This document shows positions 49,012-57,979 of a stretch of 64,000 nucleotides of DNA, one piece after another. Position numbers and translations under genes: made by a program. The stretch lies in the IMG/VR virus record IMGVR_UViG_3300025413_000010. One strand, written 5' to 3'. The notes beneath the pieces are model-generated. The model saw only the letters and a program-made list of their open reading frames with translations, was not told the DNA's origin and did no database searches. The stretch is from a virus. The first letter of the stretch is position 1, and every line of letters begins with the position of its first letter.

Positions 49012-49248
49012 TTAGAAGCCGAAGGAGTTGGTCCGCGTCAGAAACTCTTGGAGACCTTCGTACAGTCGCTTCGCCTCGTCCAGCCGGAGACCCAGTTCGT
49101 TGCGCAGAAACTTGATGGTGGTGATCTTGTGGTGACCAGCCCTGATGATGGCATCCACGAAGTCTTGGGTGGGCATGCTCATTTCGCGCCACTTCTCACC
49201 CAGAATCTCATCGGTAGCCCGGCTATCGCTCCAAGTAGAATAGTTCAT
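49012..49248 (-). CDS. Small protein with ribosomal L7/L12 C-terminal-like motif
   Basis: KITTIKFLRNELGLRLDEAKRLYE. Confidence 0.55.
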   Translation of the reverse strand: MNYSTWSDSRATDEILGEKWREMSMPTQDFVDAIIRAGHHKITTIKFLRNELGLRLDEAKRLYEGLQEFLTRTNSFGF

Positions 49249-49302
49249 CGTCGTGTCCTTTCGCTTTCAATACAGCCATTGTACTACAGTATTAAGTGGA
49301 AG

Positions 49303-49569
49303 TCAAGCGGTATATATCGTTTCTCTGTTGTTGTCGAACAGTGCTTCATATACCATCGATCCATCGATGCCGTACTGGTAGAATCCCCAGCCAGAATCGT
49401 CGCGGATGATCGTGTAATGAAAGCCACTGCCATCCTCAACATCAGCGATCAGTGGCGATCCAGTAGCACCAGCCCACAAATGCCAGTCCACAGCATTGAA
49501 CATCCGAAACGTAGCAGCAGTATTCGCCAAAATGGATTCCACAACACCGAAGTCCACATTTCTCTCCAT
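49303..49569 (-). CDS. Hypothetical protein
   Basis: ORF in early region. Confidence 0.55.
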   Translation of the reverse strand: MERNVDFGVVESILANTAATFRMFNAVDWHLWAGATGSPLIADVEDGSGFHYTIIRDDSGWGFYQYGIDGSMVYEALFDNNRETIYTA

Positions 49570-49980
49570 TGTCTATAGGCTCAATTGCACCAGTAGCTTT
49601 CCGACTGCACAGAGCAGGACCACGGAGTATCGATCTTTTCCTGGATCCACTTACCGCTCATGAGGTTCTGTACCCAGCGATATCCATCCTTGGGCTTTTC
49701 TGTCGGCATCGGATGATTCACATAAGCCATATCGTTCACTCCTCGCTTTCAATACAGCCAATATACTATAGGCTTATACCGATGTCAAGTTCTTTTTTAT
49801 CTTTTCCACATGCTCCAATATGCTAGACCATTCGCTAGTAGTAAAGACAAATTCTGTATGTACCATATCTGTATCAGGATAGTAGGTTACATTCCTCAAT
49901 TTCTCTGTAGTAGAGATACTGATTGATACATAGCGAATATAGATATCCATCTACTCTGTCCTTAAGATTTAGAATAATCT

Positions 49981-50202
49981 TTAGAATTCTTGGAACATGC
50001 AGTTGATGACGGATGGGTAATAGAGAGGAGAGTAGATGTCGCCGAAGCGGACTTTGCCTGTCTTTCCATCGTTCGGGAACAGACCAGTCAGAGTATGTTC
50101 TTCACCACGGAAGTCGGTGACGATGTCGCCGATCTTCAGTTCTTGCATGGTTTCTTTATCCAGCAGTTTGAACATATCAATTCTCCAGATGAGCAAGACC
50201 AC
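49981..50202 (-). CDS. Hypothetical protein (probable start MFKLLD)
   Basis: GD.VTDFRGE...YYPSVI. Confidence 0.55.
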   Translation of the reverse strand: MVLLIWRIDMFKLLDKETMQELKIGDIVTDFRGEEHTLTGLFPNDGKTGKVRFGDIYSPLYYPSVINCMFQEF

Positions 50203-50365
50203 GATCGGACAGAGTCATACCTCTGATATCGTCTTCGCGGAGGACATCAGTCACACGACATGTGTGATAGTTATTGGACATAGCGAACCATTCTTGTTTG
50301 GTCAGAATGGCATTGTGAATCAGATTACCATCCTCATCGAACATATCGATGGCATAATACCTCAT
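50177..50365 (-). CDS. Hypothetical protein
   Basis: ATGA-coupled ORF. Confidence 0.5.
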   Translation of the reverse strand: MRYYAIDMFDEDGNLIHNAILTKQEWFAMSNNYHTCRVTDVLREDDIRGMTLSDRGLAHLEN

Positions 50366-50538
50366 GCGGCCTCCACCAGTTCGAGATCATGGATATGAAA
50401 CTCAAAGAATTCGCCAGGAGCCATCTCTACCCAGACGGTATCATCGCCCTCGCCGAACGGACCATAGTAGTCATCGACTTCGCTGATGATTCCGACTTTG
50501 TTCGAACCAACAACACGAACGATATCGCCACGCTTCAT
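50362..50538 (-). CDS. Small SH3-like hypothetical protein (58 aa; not in ORF track)
   Basis: MKRGDIVRVVGSNKVGII...LELVEAA; RBS GGAGG. Confidence 0.55.
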   Translation of the reverse strand: MKRGDIVRVVGSNKVGIISEVDDYYGPFGEGDDTVWVEMAPGEFFEFHIHDLELVEAA

Positions 50539-50587
50539 AGTATCCTCCGCTTCAATACAGTAGTTATACTATATGCACATGGGGAAG

Positions 50588-50875
50588 TCAAGCGGCTTTT
50601 TGCTTCAAGAGAAACAGAACACCGCCGAACGTCCGAGAATTATCTCCAACAAGAGAGTCATCGATCGCATCAGGAAGAGAATGACGACCGTATTCATCAT
50701 ACCAGTCCCAGCCACCCACCGATGGATTCTCAGAGTATCCACGATCCTTGAGATACTGAGCAAAGCAGCAGTCCTCATCATCATAGTAGTCATAGCTACC
50801 ATTGGGATCTTGAGTCTCGAGCCAGCCCTTGAAATCAGCGATAAGAGCAGCATCGGTTTCCGGATACGTATTCAT
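50588..50875 (-). CDS. Paralog family member 1 (YPxTD.ALIADF..WL..Q.P...Y.Y....CCFAQYL)
   Basis: Clear similarity to 50931-51221 and 51495-51809. Confidence 0.75.
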   Translation of the reverse strand: MNTYPETDAALIADFKGWLETQDPNGSYDYYDDEDCCFAQYLKDRGYSENPSVGGWDWYDEYGRHSLPDAIDDSLVGDNSRTFGGVLFLLKQKAA

Positions 50876-50930
50876 CGAAGTTCTCCAGCAGCGTTCAATA
50901 TAGTAGTTATACTATATCATTATGCCTACG

Positions 50931-51221
50931 TCAAGCGTTAATCAATCGCTTAAGAGTGAAAAGAACATCACCATACCGCGAGTGAGCATGGACTGCTTCA
51001 TCGATGACGGATGGATAATTGGTGTAGCCATCATCACGATCATCACGATCTCGCCAAGCATCAGGATTCACACTCGGATTCGAGCAATAGCCACGAGACC
51101 TCAGATATCGACAGAAGCAGCAGTCGAGATTGTTCGCGTAGTTGTACGTCTGATCAGGATTCTGATTCTCCAGCCAGTCCATAAAGTCAGCGATAAGTGC
51201 ATCATCAGTCGAAGGATACAT
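50931..51221 (-). CDS. Paralog family member 2
   Basis: MYPSTDDALIADFMDWLENQNP...CCFCRYL. Confidence 0.75.
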   Translation of the reverse strand: MYPSTDDALIADFMDWLENQNPDQTYNYANNLDCCFCRYLRSRGYCSNPSVNPDAWRDRDDRDDGYTNYPSVIDEAVHAHSRYGDVLFTLKRLINA

Positions 51222-51232
51222 GATCTATTTCC

Positions 51233-51430
51233 TCAGTTGCGCAGCGAGAATTGGCTGGCGTAGCCCCACTTGTATTGCTCGAACTCATCGCTCTCGGCCA
51301 GAGCATCGGTGCACTGGATTTCGTATCCAGGCAGGCCATTCTTGATATTCTCATCCGCATCGAGGACAATAGCAGGACGACGACCATGAATGCGATCGCT
51401 ATACCAAACCTTAGTTCCAACAGCAAACAT
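51233..51430 (-). CDS. Hypothetical protein
   Basis: KNGLPG, KWGY; own promoter. Confidence 0.6.
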   Translation of the reverse strand: MFAVGTKVWYSDRIHGRRPAIVLDADENIKNGLPGYEIQCTDALAESDEFEQYKWGYASQFSLRN

Positions 51431-51494
51431 AAAAACACCTTTCCGCTTTCAATACAACACTTATACTATATGCGTATGGGGGAGTCAAGTTCTT

Positions 51495-51809
51495 TTATGC
51501 GGTTAACAGTTCGTTAAGTTTGTTCAGAGCACCGCCGAACGTGCGCGGACGAACAGCCACAGCAACATCGATAAATGCGGGAATCTTGCTCGAAGGAGAA
51601 GCAATGATCTCCCCATGATCATCCTCGCAAAACTCCTGCCAGCTGCACGGCCTGACCAGAGGCCGAATAGCATACTCACGAGCCTTCAGATACTGCGCGA
51701 AGCAGCAATCAAAGACGCTAGTGTAACTATACTCACCGAGCGGATCCTGATCGACCAGCCACAGACGAAAGTCTTCAATCACTGCTTCATCAGTAGTAGG
51801 ATATGCCAT
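51495..51809 (-). CDS. Paralog family member 3
   Basis: MAYPTTDEAVIEDFRLWLVDQDP...CCFAQYL...RTFGG. Confidence 0.75.
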   Translation of the reverse strand: MAYPTTDEAVIEDFRLWLVDQDPLGEYSYTSVFDCCFAQYLKAREYAIRPLVRPCSWQEFCEDDHGEIIASPSSKIPAFIDVAVAVRPRTFGGALNKLNELLTA

Positions 51810-51810
51810 G

Positions 51811-52029
51811 TCACTTCACTCCCGCAATCAGACCATCCTTCATGGTCACTTCGGCAAAGAACTCACGGCCCATACCAGTGATATGCGGACGATTGGCAAC
51901 AACGAACGTACCGTTCTCGCGATACTCGTTACCGAACATCGAAGTTTCCTGATACCTGAGACGCTGGCCGATCTTTTCCTTGAGAACCTTCTTGCTGGGG
52001 TAAAAAGCAATCATAGTCATGTCGTTCAC
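51811..52029 (-). CDS. Conserved phage hypothetical protein
   Basis: YPSKK.LKE.IGQ.L.Y.ETSMFG.EY, REFFA.VTM. Confidence 0.7.
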   Translation of the reverse strand: MNDMTMIAFYPSKKVLKEKIGQRLRYQETSMFGNEYRENGTFVVANRPHITGMGREFFAEVTMKDGLIAGVK

Positions 52030-52074
52030 TCCTCGCTTTCAATACACCACTTGTACCCTATTGCCCAGGCAAAG

Positions 52075-52455
52075 TCAAGCGGTAATATTCGGCATCTCAA
52101 GGTGATAGTTCGTTGCCACAATCTTGGCCAGTTTCAAGAACTCTTTGATGAAGAAGCCTTCTTCATGGAGCTCGCTCGAAGAATCATGACAAGTCTGAAG
52201 AGCACAAAGGAAGCCGATATCTTCTTGATCAGAGGCATCAAGACCAAGAGCCTTGTAGACGGTGGAGTTGGCTACTGTCTTGAATTCCATATCTTCATTG
52301 TAATCGTCATCAGAAATCAGATGACCAATTGCACACTTCAGACCATTGGGAGTTCGATACATACAAGTATCGTGATCATCATTATTAATAGCAGGCAGAC
52401 CCTGCTTAACCATGGCAGCAACAGCGCGATTAAATGCATCCTGACGATCAAACAT
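52075..52455 (-). CDS. Conserved phage hypothetical protein
   Basis: C.YR...GLKCAIG.LI, LQ..HD. Confidence 0.7.
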   Translation of the reverse strand: MFDRQDAFNRAVAAMVKQGLPAINNDDHDTCMYRTPNGLKCAIGHLISDDDYNEDMEFKTVANSTVYKALGLDASDQEDIGFLCALQTCHDSSSELHEEGFFIKEFLKLAKIVATNYHLEMPNITA

Positions 52456-52497
52456 AGCGATTCTTCCTCACAACACAATCAATACAACACTTGTACC

Positions 52498-52836
52498 CTA
52501 TTGACTTTCATTAGTCAACTGGTAATTATACTCCAAAAGTCTTTTTGCTCTGTAATGCATCCATCCTTCTTTCGGAAGATGATATCCTGTTGATGCATCC
52601 CAATCAGCAAATGCTTTATCGTAGAATCCAATCTTTTTCTTTTGTGTCTGTAGCAAGACCAATTCATCTGCCCATTCTTGCCACTTGTGATCGTCCACAA
52701 TAGAATCATCTAATACATAATAGATGTATGAATGGATAAGCATTTGCATTCTTCGTTGTCGAATTTTCTCCGACAGAGTCTGTACTGCATTTACCATCGG
52801 ATCATCTTCTTCTTCGAAGAATTGCTCAAGACTCAC
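52498..52836 (-). CDS. Stand-alone protein resembling NAD-dependent DNA ligase domain Ia
   Basis: RQRR.QMLIHSYIYY..DD.IVDD..W..WA.EL; TAG stop. Confidence 0.55.
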   Translation of the reverse strand: MSLEQFFEEEDDPMVNAVQTLSEKIRQRRMQMLIHSYIYYVLDDSIVDDHKWQEWADELVLLQTQKKKIGFYDKAFADWDASTGYHLPKEGWMHYRAKRLLEYNYQLTNESQ

Positions 52837-53120
52837 TCAAATTCTTTCTTCAATTGCTCATATTGAAGACGACGTCGTTCCTTGTACGACTCTTCTCGAC
52901 GACGCTCCTCTTCCAACTCTGCTTCTGTAAGAGGACGAGCATAATACATCCTGATGTTCGTTCTGCCATCACAATCATCATCAATCGTGATGTATGTTTT
53001 GTCTTTGTACTCATCAGGAACTTCTGCATGGGCTCGCTGAATACTAGCAATAGCCTCAGTAACAGATCCTTCGAGATCCCACTTATCGAAAGTGCCCAGA
53101 TACACGTTTTTAGTGCTCAT
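52833..53120 (-). CDS. Hypothetical protein
   Basis: C-terminal coiled coil YEQLKKEFE. Confidence 0.6.
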   Translation of the reverse strand: MSTKNVYLGTFDKWDLEGSVTEAIASIQRAHAEVPDEYKDKTYITIDDDCDGRTNIRMYYARPLTEAELEEERRREESYKERRRLQYEQLKKEFE

Positions 53121-53289
53121 TTTTTATTCCTTCTCTTGAAAGAATCAACCATTTCTTGAATAGTTGCTCCCCATCCACATTTCATAGAAGTATTAAATGG
53201 ATCAAGTATATACCCATGCTCATCTGCCATGAGCCGATATGCTCCAACAGGCATTCCTGTGTTGATGTGGATATACTTCGAAGCCAGCA

Positions 53290-53637
53290 TTAACCAACTT
53301 CATCGAATCCGAAGGTGGCCACACAATATGTCTTCCCATTGATGACCATTCGATCACCGATCATTGAAGAACGATGACCAATCTTGCGGCCACCGATATC
53401 CATCAGAGGAGCAAGCACTTCGACATTCTCGGAATAGTCTTCATTACGATCACCCTCCTCAAACTGAGGACCCTTGGACCAAGAGCCGAAGATATTCTGA
53501 GTACGCGCATAAGCATACTCAAGAGCATCTGTATTACCAGAATTAAATCCAAGCTGGTAAGCAGGAACAGTAACTCTGGCCACAGGATAGAAGTCGTTGC
53601 TCGAATCTTCCTTGGGATAAAGAACTTCAACGATCAT
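53290..53637 (-). CDS. Hypothetical protein (YodL-like)
   Basis: LEYAY..TQN..GSW, RSS.IGD, Y.V..FGF. Confidence 0.55.
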   Translation of the reverse strand: MIVEVLYPKEDSSNDFYPVARVTVPAYQLGFNSGNTDALEYAYARTQNIFGSWSKGPQFEEGDRNEDYSENVEVLAPLMDIGGRKIGHRSSMIGDRMVINGKTYCVATFGFDEVG

Positions 53638-53701
53638 GACAGTTTCCTCTCAAGTTACAACTGGTATATACCTCAAGATGATAGCAAAGTCAAGGTTTAT
53701 T

Positions 53702-54133
53702 TTACTTAATCTTTTCGAACCATGATTGTCCCCTTGATCCTTCCAGATACGTGTAGCTTTCGCCGTTATCAGCAACAGCCAAGAATTCAGTATCGGGGAA
53801 GAGATCCAGTTCTTGAAATCCTTCGAACACAGCTTTGGCAGCATCAATATCATGGCTACGAACAACGAATGTGCGATTGCCAGAATGTGCCTCAACCACA
53901 TACAAATTGTAGAACTTGACGGGACGAGGCATAGCAGCTATGCTGGCCAACAGCTCAAGAAGTTGATTAGGATTCAGATTGTTAACAATATTCTTTTCAT
54001 CAGTAAGAGGAAGAAAGATGTCTTCTTCGTCCCAAGCATTAACAGATGCCAATCCTTCGGAGTTGATTCTGACCGATGCTGTGTATCCATTTTCGAATTT
54101 GAGAACGAACAGATTACTAACAATCTTAAGCAT
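53702..54133 (-). CDS. Hypothetical protein
   Basis: FENGYTASV; start placed at MLKIVS. Confidence 0.5.
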   Translation of the reverse strand: MLKIVSNLFVLKFENGYTASVRINSEGLASVNAWDEEDIFLPLTDEKNIVNNLNPNQLLELLASIAAMPRPVKFYNLYVVEAHSGNRTFVVRSHDIDAAKAVFEGFQELDLFPDTEFLAVADNGESYTYLEGSRGQSWFEKIK

Positions 54134-54298
54134 GCTGAATACCTTTCCGGCAAGCAAGGCGGCGAGCCTGTTTTTTCTTATCAACAACGATGCGCTGGCG
54201 GAAGGTCCTAGTCCTTACAACGCCAGCCATCGGATTCCTCTTCTTCATCTTAGCCTCCTAAACAATATACATACTTATACCCTAGGAGGCTGCAGAAG

Positions 54299-54499
54299 TC
54301 AAGCAGTAATTTCAACCACTTCCATCTTTTGCGGAATCATATAGAAGTCAGGAGCCACAGAGCGACCGCCATATTCTTTCATCAGGTCATCCCAGAACTT
54401 CTGGGCTTCTGCTTCGGTGTCGAAGTCGCGATGCCAACGATCGCTACCCCAACCACGCTCAGATTCGAACACATGAACGCGATGTACAGTCTTAGTCAT
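54299..54499 (-). CDS. Hypothetical protein
   Basis: ESERGWG...FDT.AEA...PD.Y. Confidence 0.65.
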   Translation of the reverse strand: MTKTVHRVHVFESERGWGSDRWHRDFDTEAEAQKFWDDLMKEYGGRSVAPDFYMIPQKMEVVEITA

Positions 54500-54506
54500 A
54501 ATTATC

Positions 54507-54824
54507 TCACTTCAGCTTCTTGGGATCAAAATCATCATAAGTAATCTTGGCGGGGCATTGCTGCTTCTTACCATTATAGTAATATGTTTTCCAGATATCA
54601 CCAGCCTCTTCACCTTCGCCATAAAGCATCAAAATATGCTCAGGGAAGTTCTTAGATACTTCGATCATGTGTTCATCGTGTTCATACCACTTGCATTCTT
54701 CAACGAATGGAGTGTATCCTTCACAAAGATGAATGATCTGTTCAGCAACAGCCTTAGTGGTTTTGGCTGCCGAAGAACTGTCAATTCCAATTACTTCCAA
54801 TTCGTAGCGAGTATAATACCCCAT
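54507..54824 (-). CDS. Hypothetical protein
   Basis: MGYYT, KWY, GEGEE.GD.W..Y..NGK. Confidence 0.7.
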   Translation of the reverse strand: MGYYTRYELEVIGIDSSSAAKTTKAVAEQIIHLCEGYTPFVEECKWYEHDEHMIEVSKNFPEHILMLYGEGEEAGDIWKTYYYNGKKQQCPAKITYDDFDPKKLK

Positions 54825-54826
54825 AA

Positions 54827-55039
54827 TTACGCCTCCGTCAACAAGAGATTGTTATCTTCGAGTTCATCGCAGTATTGAATGAAGTCTTCACACATCGTTC
54901 GCATATTGCGGAGAGCACGCATTTCATGGCTAGAGAGAGTCAGAGGCTCATCGTTATCGAGAGCCTCACCAAGAACATTGGTGCAGTCACGGAAGTCGAT
55001 GTAGGTATTTTCGAATCGACAGTAGCTCATGTTACCCAT
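54827..55039 (-). CDS. Hypothetical protein
   Basis: NMSYCRFENT..D. Confidence 0.65.
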   Translation of the reverse strand: MGNMSYCRFENTYIDFRDCTNVLGEALDNDEPLTLSSHEMRALRNMRTMCEDFIQYCDELEDNNLLLTEA

Positions 55040-55049
55040 GACTATATCC

Positions 55050-55403
55050 TCAAGCAGCGAACAGAAAGCGAGCATGCTGCTCAGAAGTCTTGTACATCTT
55101 GCCATTAAGTTCATAGATGAACGGCATCTTGTACTTCTTCGAATCATAACGGACCAGCTTGTATCCGTTCTTTTCCTTGACCAGACCAAGAGCCTTGATC
55201 TTAGCTTCAAGAACAGTATCCTGGATGGTTACAGCACCCTTGATCTTTGCATTGATCTTGATCTCGACTTCGTTGGCCGAGAAGCGCATGTTGCCAACCT
55301 CGATGTCAAGATTGGAATCGATGCCGTACTTATTCAGAACAGCAGCCAACTCATTACGAAGCGACTTCAGATTGTCGCGAGTAAAAGTCGAAAAAGTAGT
55401 CAT
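55050..55403 (-). CDS. Hypothetical protein
   Basis: Start placed at MTTFSTF behind RBS GGAG; KYKMP, GKMYK. Confidence 0.6.
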   Translation of the reverse strand: MTTFSTFTRDNLKSLRNELAAVLNKYGIDSNLDIEVGNMRFSANEVEIKINAKIKGAVTIQDTVLEAKIKALGLVKEKNGYKLVRYDSKKYKMPFIYELNGKMYKTSEQHARFLFAA

Positions 55404-55561
55404 CTCAATTCTCCATTTCGCGGTCATAGAAGTGACGGTCGGCTTGTTCATCAAGCCAAGCCTCATAACCATCCCAAAGTTCTTGCTCTTCAGTCATAGC
55501 AGGCTCCTAAGCAACTACCCCACTCTTATACTATAAGAGCAGGGCAGAGTCAAGCCTTATT

Positions 55562-55807
55562 TTAACCGATCTTGTACAGCTTCACGCTCAGAGCATCACG
55601 ACGCATAGTATTCGTGCGCTTGAACCCTTCGTTATTGATGCGAGCACCACGATACTGAACGCGACTGAATCCCAGTTCCGACTTCATAGCAGCACGGATG
55701 GCAGATTCATTACGATCAAAGTAGTCCATCGGAATATTACCAGTCTCAGCAATGTTATTACCCTCACGAGGAAACTTACGACGCAGATCATTCATAGTAA
55801 GAGACAT
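55562..55807 (-). CDS. Hypothetical protein
   Basis: Own promoter and RBS AAGGA. Confidence 0.55.
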   Translation of the reverse strand: MSLTMNDLRRKFPREGNNIAETGNIPMDYFDRNESAIRAAMKSELGFSRVQYRGARINNEGFKRTNTMRRDALSVKLYKIG

Positions 55808-55874
55808 AATCTTTTCCTTTCACAGCAAACCAGAAACCCAGTATAATATAAAGGCAATGAGAAGTCAAATTCTT

Positions 55875-56141
55875 TTAGCTGTATCGATCACCAAAAATGT
55901 TCCTGAGAGTAGAGGCATCACCGAACGCGCTGAAGCTGCCGTACTCATGACTGCCTTTGTAGTCCCAGATCGCGCAGATATGGTCACCAGCGCGGAACTG
56001 CCAACTGTTGACTACCTTGTATGGATCATCATCGACATTGGGAGTGAATCCCAAGATCTGATTGATCTCATCAACAGTAATATTGTTGAGAGTTCCGGTA
56101 CGATGGCTACCGATGCTGCTGTTGTCTGCTTCAATCTTCAT
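55875..56141 (-). CDS. Hypothetical protein
   Basis: LGF.PN..DD..KV..SW, IWDYKG. Confidence 0.6.
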   Translation of the reverse strand: MKIEADNSSIGSHRTGTLNNITVDEINQILGFTPNVDDDPYKVVNSWQFRAGDHICAIWDYKGSHEYGSFSAFGDASTLRNIFGDRYS

Positions 56142-56256
56142 GATAGTCCTCACCAAAACTTGGCAACAAAGTGCCAGATAACACCGATAATGAGACCCCA
56201 CAATGCAATATTCGCAAGAATAGTGAACAAAACCATTTTAAAATAGGTATTCATAA

Positions 56257-56568
56257 TCAATCTCCTGAATCAATTGTGTAATGATGGCCACAGTGCTTAC
56301 ACGTATACCCTCTGTAGCAGTTACCCAGCTGACGACCTTCGTACTCATGTACACATGGCTCGCCGTTGTCTTTACGAGGAAGTACCTGTCCTGTGGGATA
56401 GCCAGGGAATTGAGTTTGTCCGCCACAGTTATCGCAAGGAACAGTATCGGTTTCTTTATCGTAACCGTACCAGCCATACTTGATTCCATAATCACGAATA
56501 GAATCACTAGTGCATGGGATACGAAGAGAACCATTACACACAGGACAAACGCAAAGACCTTCAATCAT
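56257..56568 (-). CDS. Zn-finger hypothetical protein
   Basis: CPVC, CDNCG, CVH, CKHCG, IDSGD. Confidence 0.7.
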   Translation of the reverse strand: MIEGLCVCPVCNGSLRIPCTSDSIRDYGIKYGWYGYDKETDTVPCDNCGGQTQFPGYPTGQVLPRKDNGEPCVHEYEGRQLGNCYRGYTCKHCGHHYTIDSGD

Positions 56569-56713
56569 TTGACTTGCTCCCTAATTACAAATCACTTATA
56601 CGCCTTACCCGAGGCAAAGTCAAGTGTTTATTTTCTTTTGTCGCAAAAGATTAGGACAATCAACAAAATGAATCCAATAATCAAAGAAAGCAAGAACATT
56701 ACATCTATTTCAA

Positions 56714-56950
56714 TCATGACTGTTCCTTAATCTTTCTTAATTCTTTTTCAGATTTGATATAGTATGCAGAAGATGGAGAATACTCGTAGTTTGATATCTT
56801 TAGTACTTCTCGGAGTCTATCAAGAAGTCGTGTATCCCGCTCAGGAATACGTGTCATAAAAAGCAGTCTTTCCACAACATCAATAGCTGCTTCTAAAATT
56901 TCGTAGTCCGAAAAATCATCTATATCTACTTCTACATTGATATATGCCAT
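56714..56950 (-). CDS. Hypothetical protein
   Basis: VEVDIDDFSD. Confidence 0.5.
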   Translation of the reverse strand: MAYINVEVDIDDFSDYEILEAAIDVVERLLFMTRIPERDTRLLDRLREVLKISNYEYSPSSAYYIKSEKELRKIKEQS

Positions 56951-56953
56951 TGT

Positions 56954-57226
56954 TCAATTCTTCTCGAAAACGTGCCAAACAAACGAGAGAGACTGAACAC
57001 TATCGATGTATGTCAAGTTAGAAATATCATCAGGAATATCGTGTCCAGTTCCATAGATATGGAGACAAATATCCGTAGTGAGATAGTCATCAGTGTTTAT
57101 CATAATCCAAAGACACAATTGATCGCCTTGAAATGCTGCCTTCATAATCTTATAGTTCGAAGGAACATTTTTAATCAATTGCTCATCGGTAATCATTACC
57201 GGATATTTGTAAATCCTATGCATCAC
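56954..57226 (-). CDS. Conserved phage hypothetical protein
   Basis: IYKYP, GTGH, VWHVFE. Confidence 0.65.
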   Translation of the reverse strand: MMHRIYKYPVMITDEQLIKNVPSNYKIMKAAFQGDQLCLWIMINTDDYLTTDICLHIYGTGHDIPDDISNLTYIDSVQSLSFVWHVFEKN

Positions 57227-57912
57227 GCAGCCTCTCTGATAACAAAGCCAGTCGTATCCTTACGACCGAGAGCCTTTGCCTTCAGGCCAACGATAACACC
57301 GCTGGGATAGGTAAAGGTAAGATCGGTCTCATCACCATTGATAACAGCAACACCCATATATGTCTCAGGCAAGTCGTTCTCAAAAACAACAGCGACATTG
57401 GCACCATAGCTAATAGCCACAGCAACATCATTGTCGTTAGACTCTTTGCGAGAGAATGTCAAGTGATAGTTTGGAATATGCTGAATCAGACGCTTGGTGA
57501 CTGCAGTATAGTCATAGAACTGCACATCAGGAAAAGCCTCGAAGATATTCTTGAAGCCAGCCACAGGATAAGCAGACCACTGGAGATCGCTGGTGCCATT
57601 AAGTCGAAAGACAGGAACAAGTCCCTTCTTCTCAGACAACTTAATAGCATTAGCAATTTCTTTATGAAGCTGTTGCATGAAGGCGGCACGATCTTCAAAG
57701 AAGAAACGAGTCTTGCGCTTGCGGGCTTCTTGGACACGATTAGAGTATCCATGACCCGATACATTCAAACAAGCAGCAGTACAGCCAGCAGTACGCTTGG
57801 GGCATACTTCATAGCCAGAAAGATTGGCAGGAGACAGATGAAGAACGTAGGTCTTGTACCCCTTCTTCTCGCCTTTCACAGTCTTTGTGTTACTTTCTGA
57901 CAACAGCTTCAT
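57223..57912 (-). CDS. GP88-family protein
   Basis: CP....GC..ACL..SG.G, RLNGTSD, QFYDYT, NYHLTFSR.E, GD..DL. Confidence 0.8.
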   Translation of the reverse strand: MKLLSESNTKTVKGEKKGYKTYVLHLSPANLSGYEVCPKRTAGCTAACLNVSGHGYSNRVQEARKRKTRFFFEDRAAFMQQLHKEIANAIKLSEKKGLVPVFRLNGTSDLQWSAYPVAGFKNIFEAFPDVQFYDYTAVTKRLIQHIPNYHLTFSRKESNDNDVAVAISYGANVAVVFENDLPETYMGVAVINGDETDLTFTYPSGVIVGLKAKALGRKDTTGFVIREAA

Positions 57913-57979
57913 AAAAACAACTTTCCTTTCACAATACAGTCAAACTATACTATATGTGCAGTGATAAGTCAAGCGGCAA

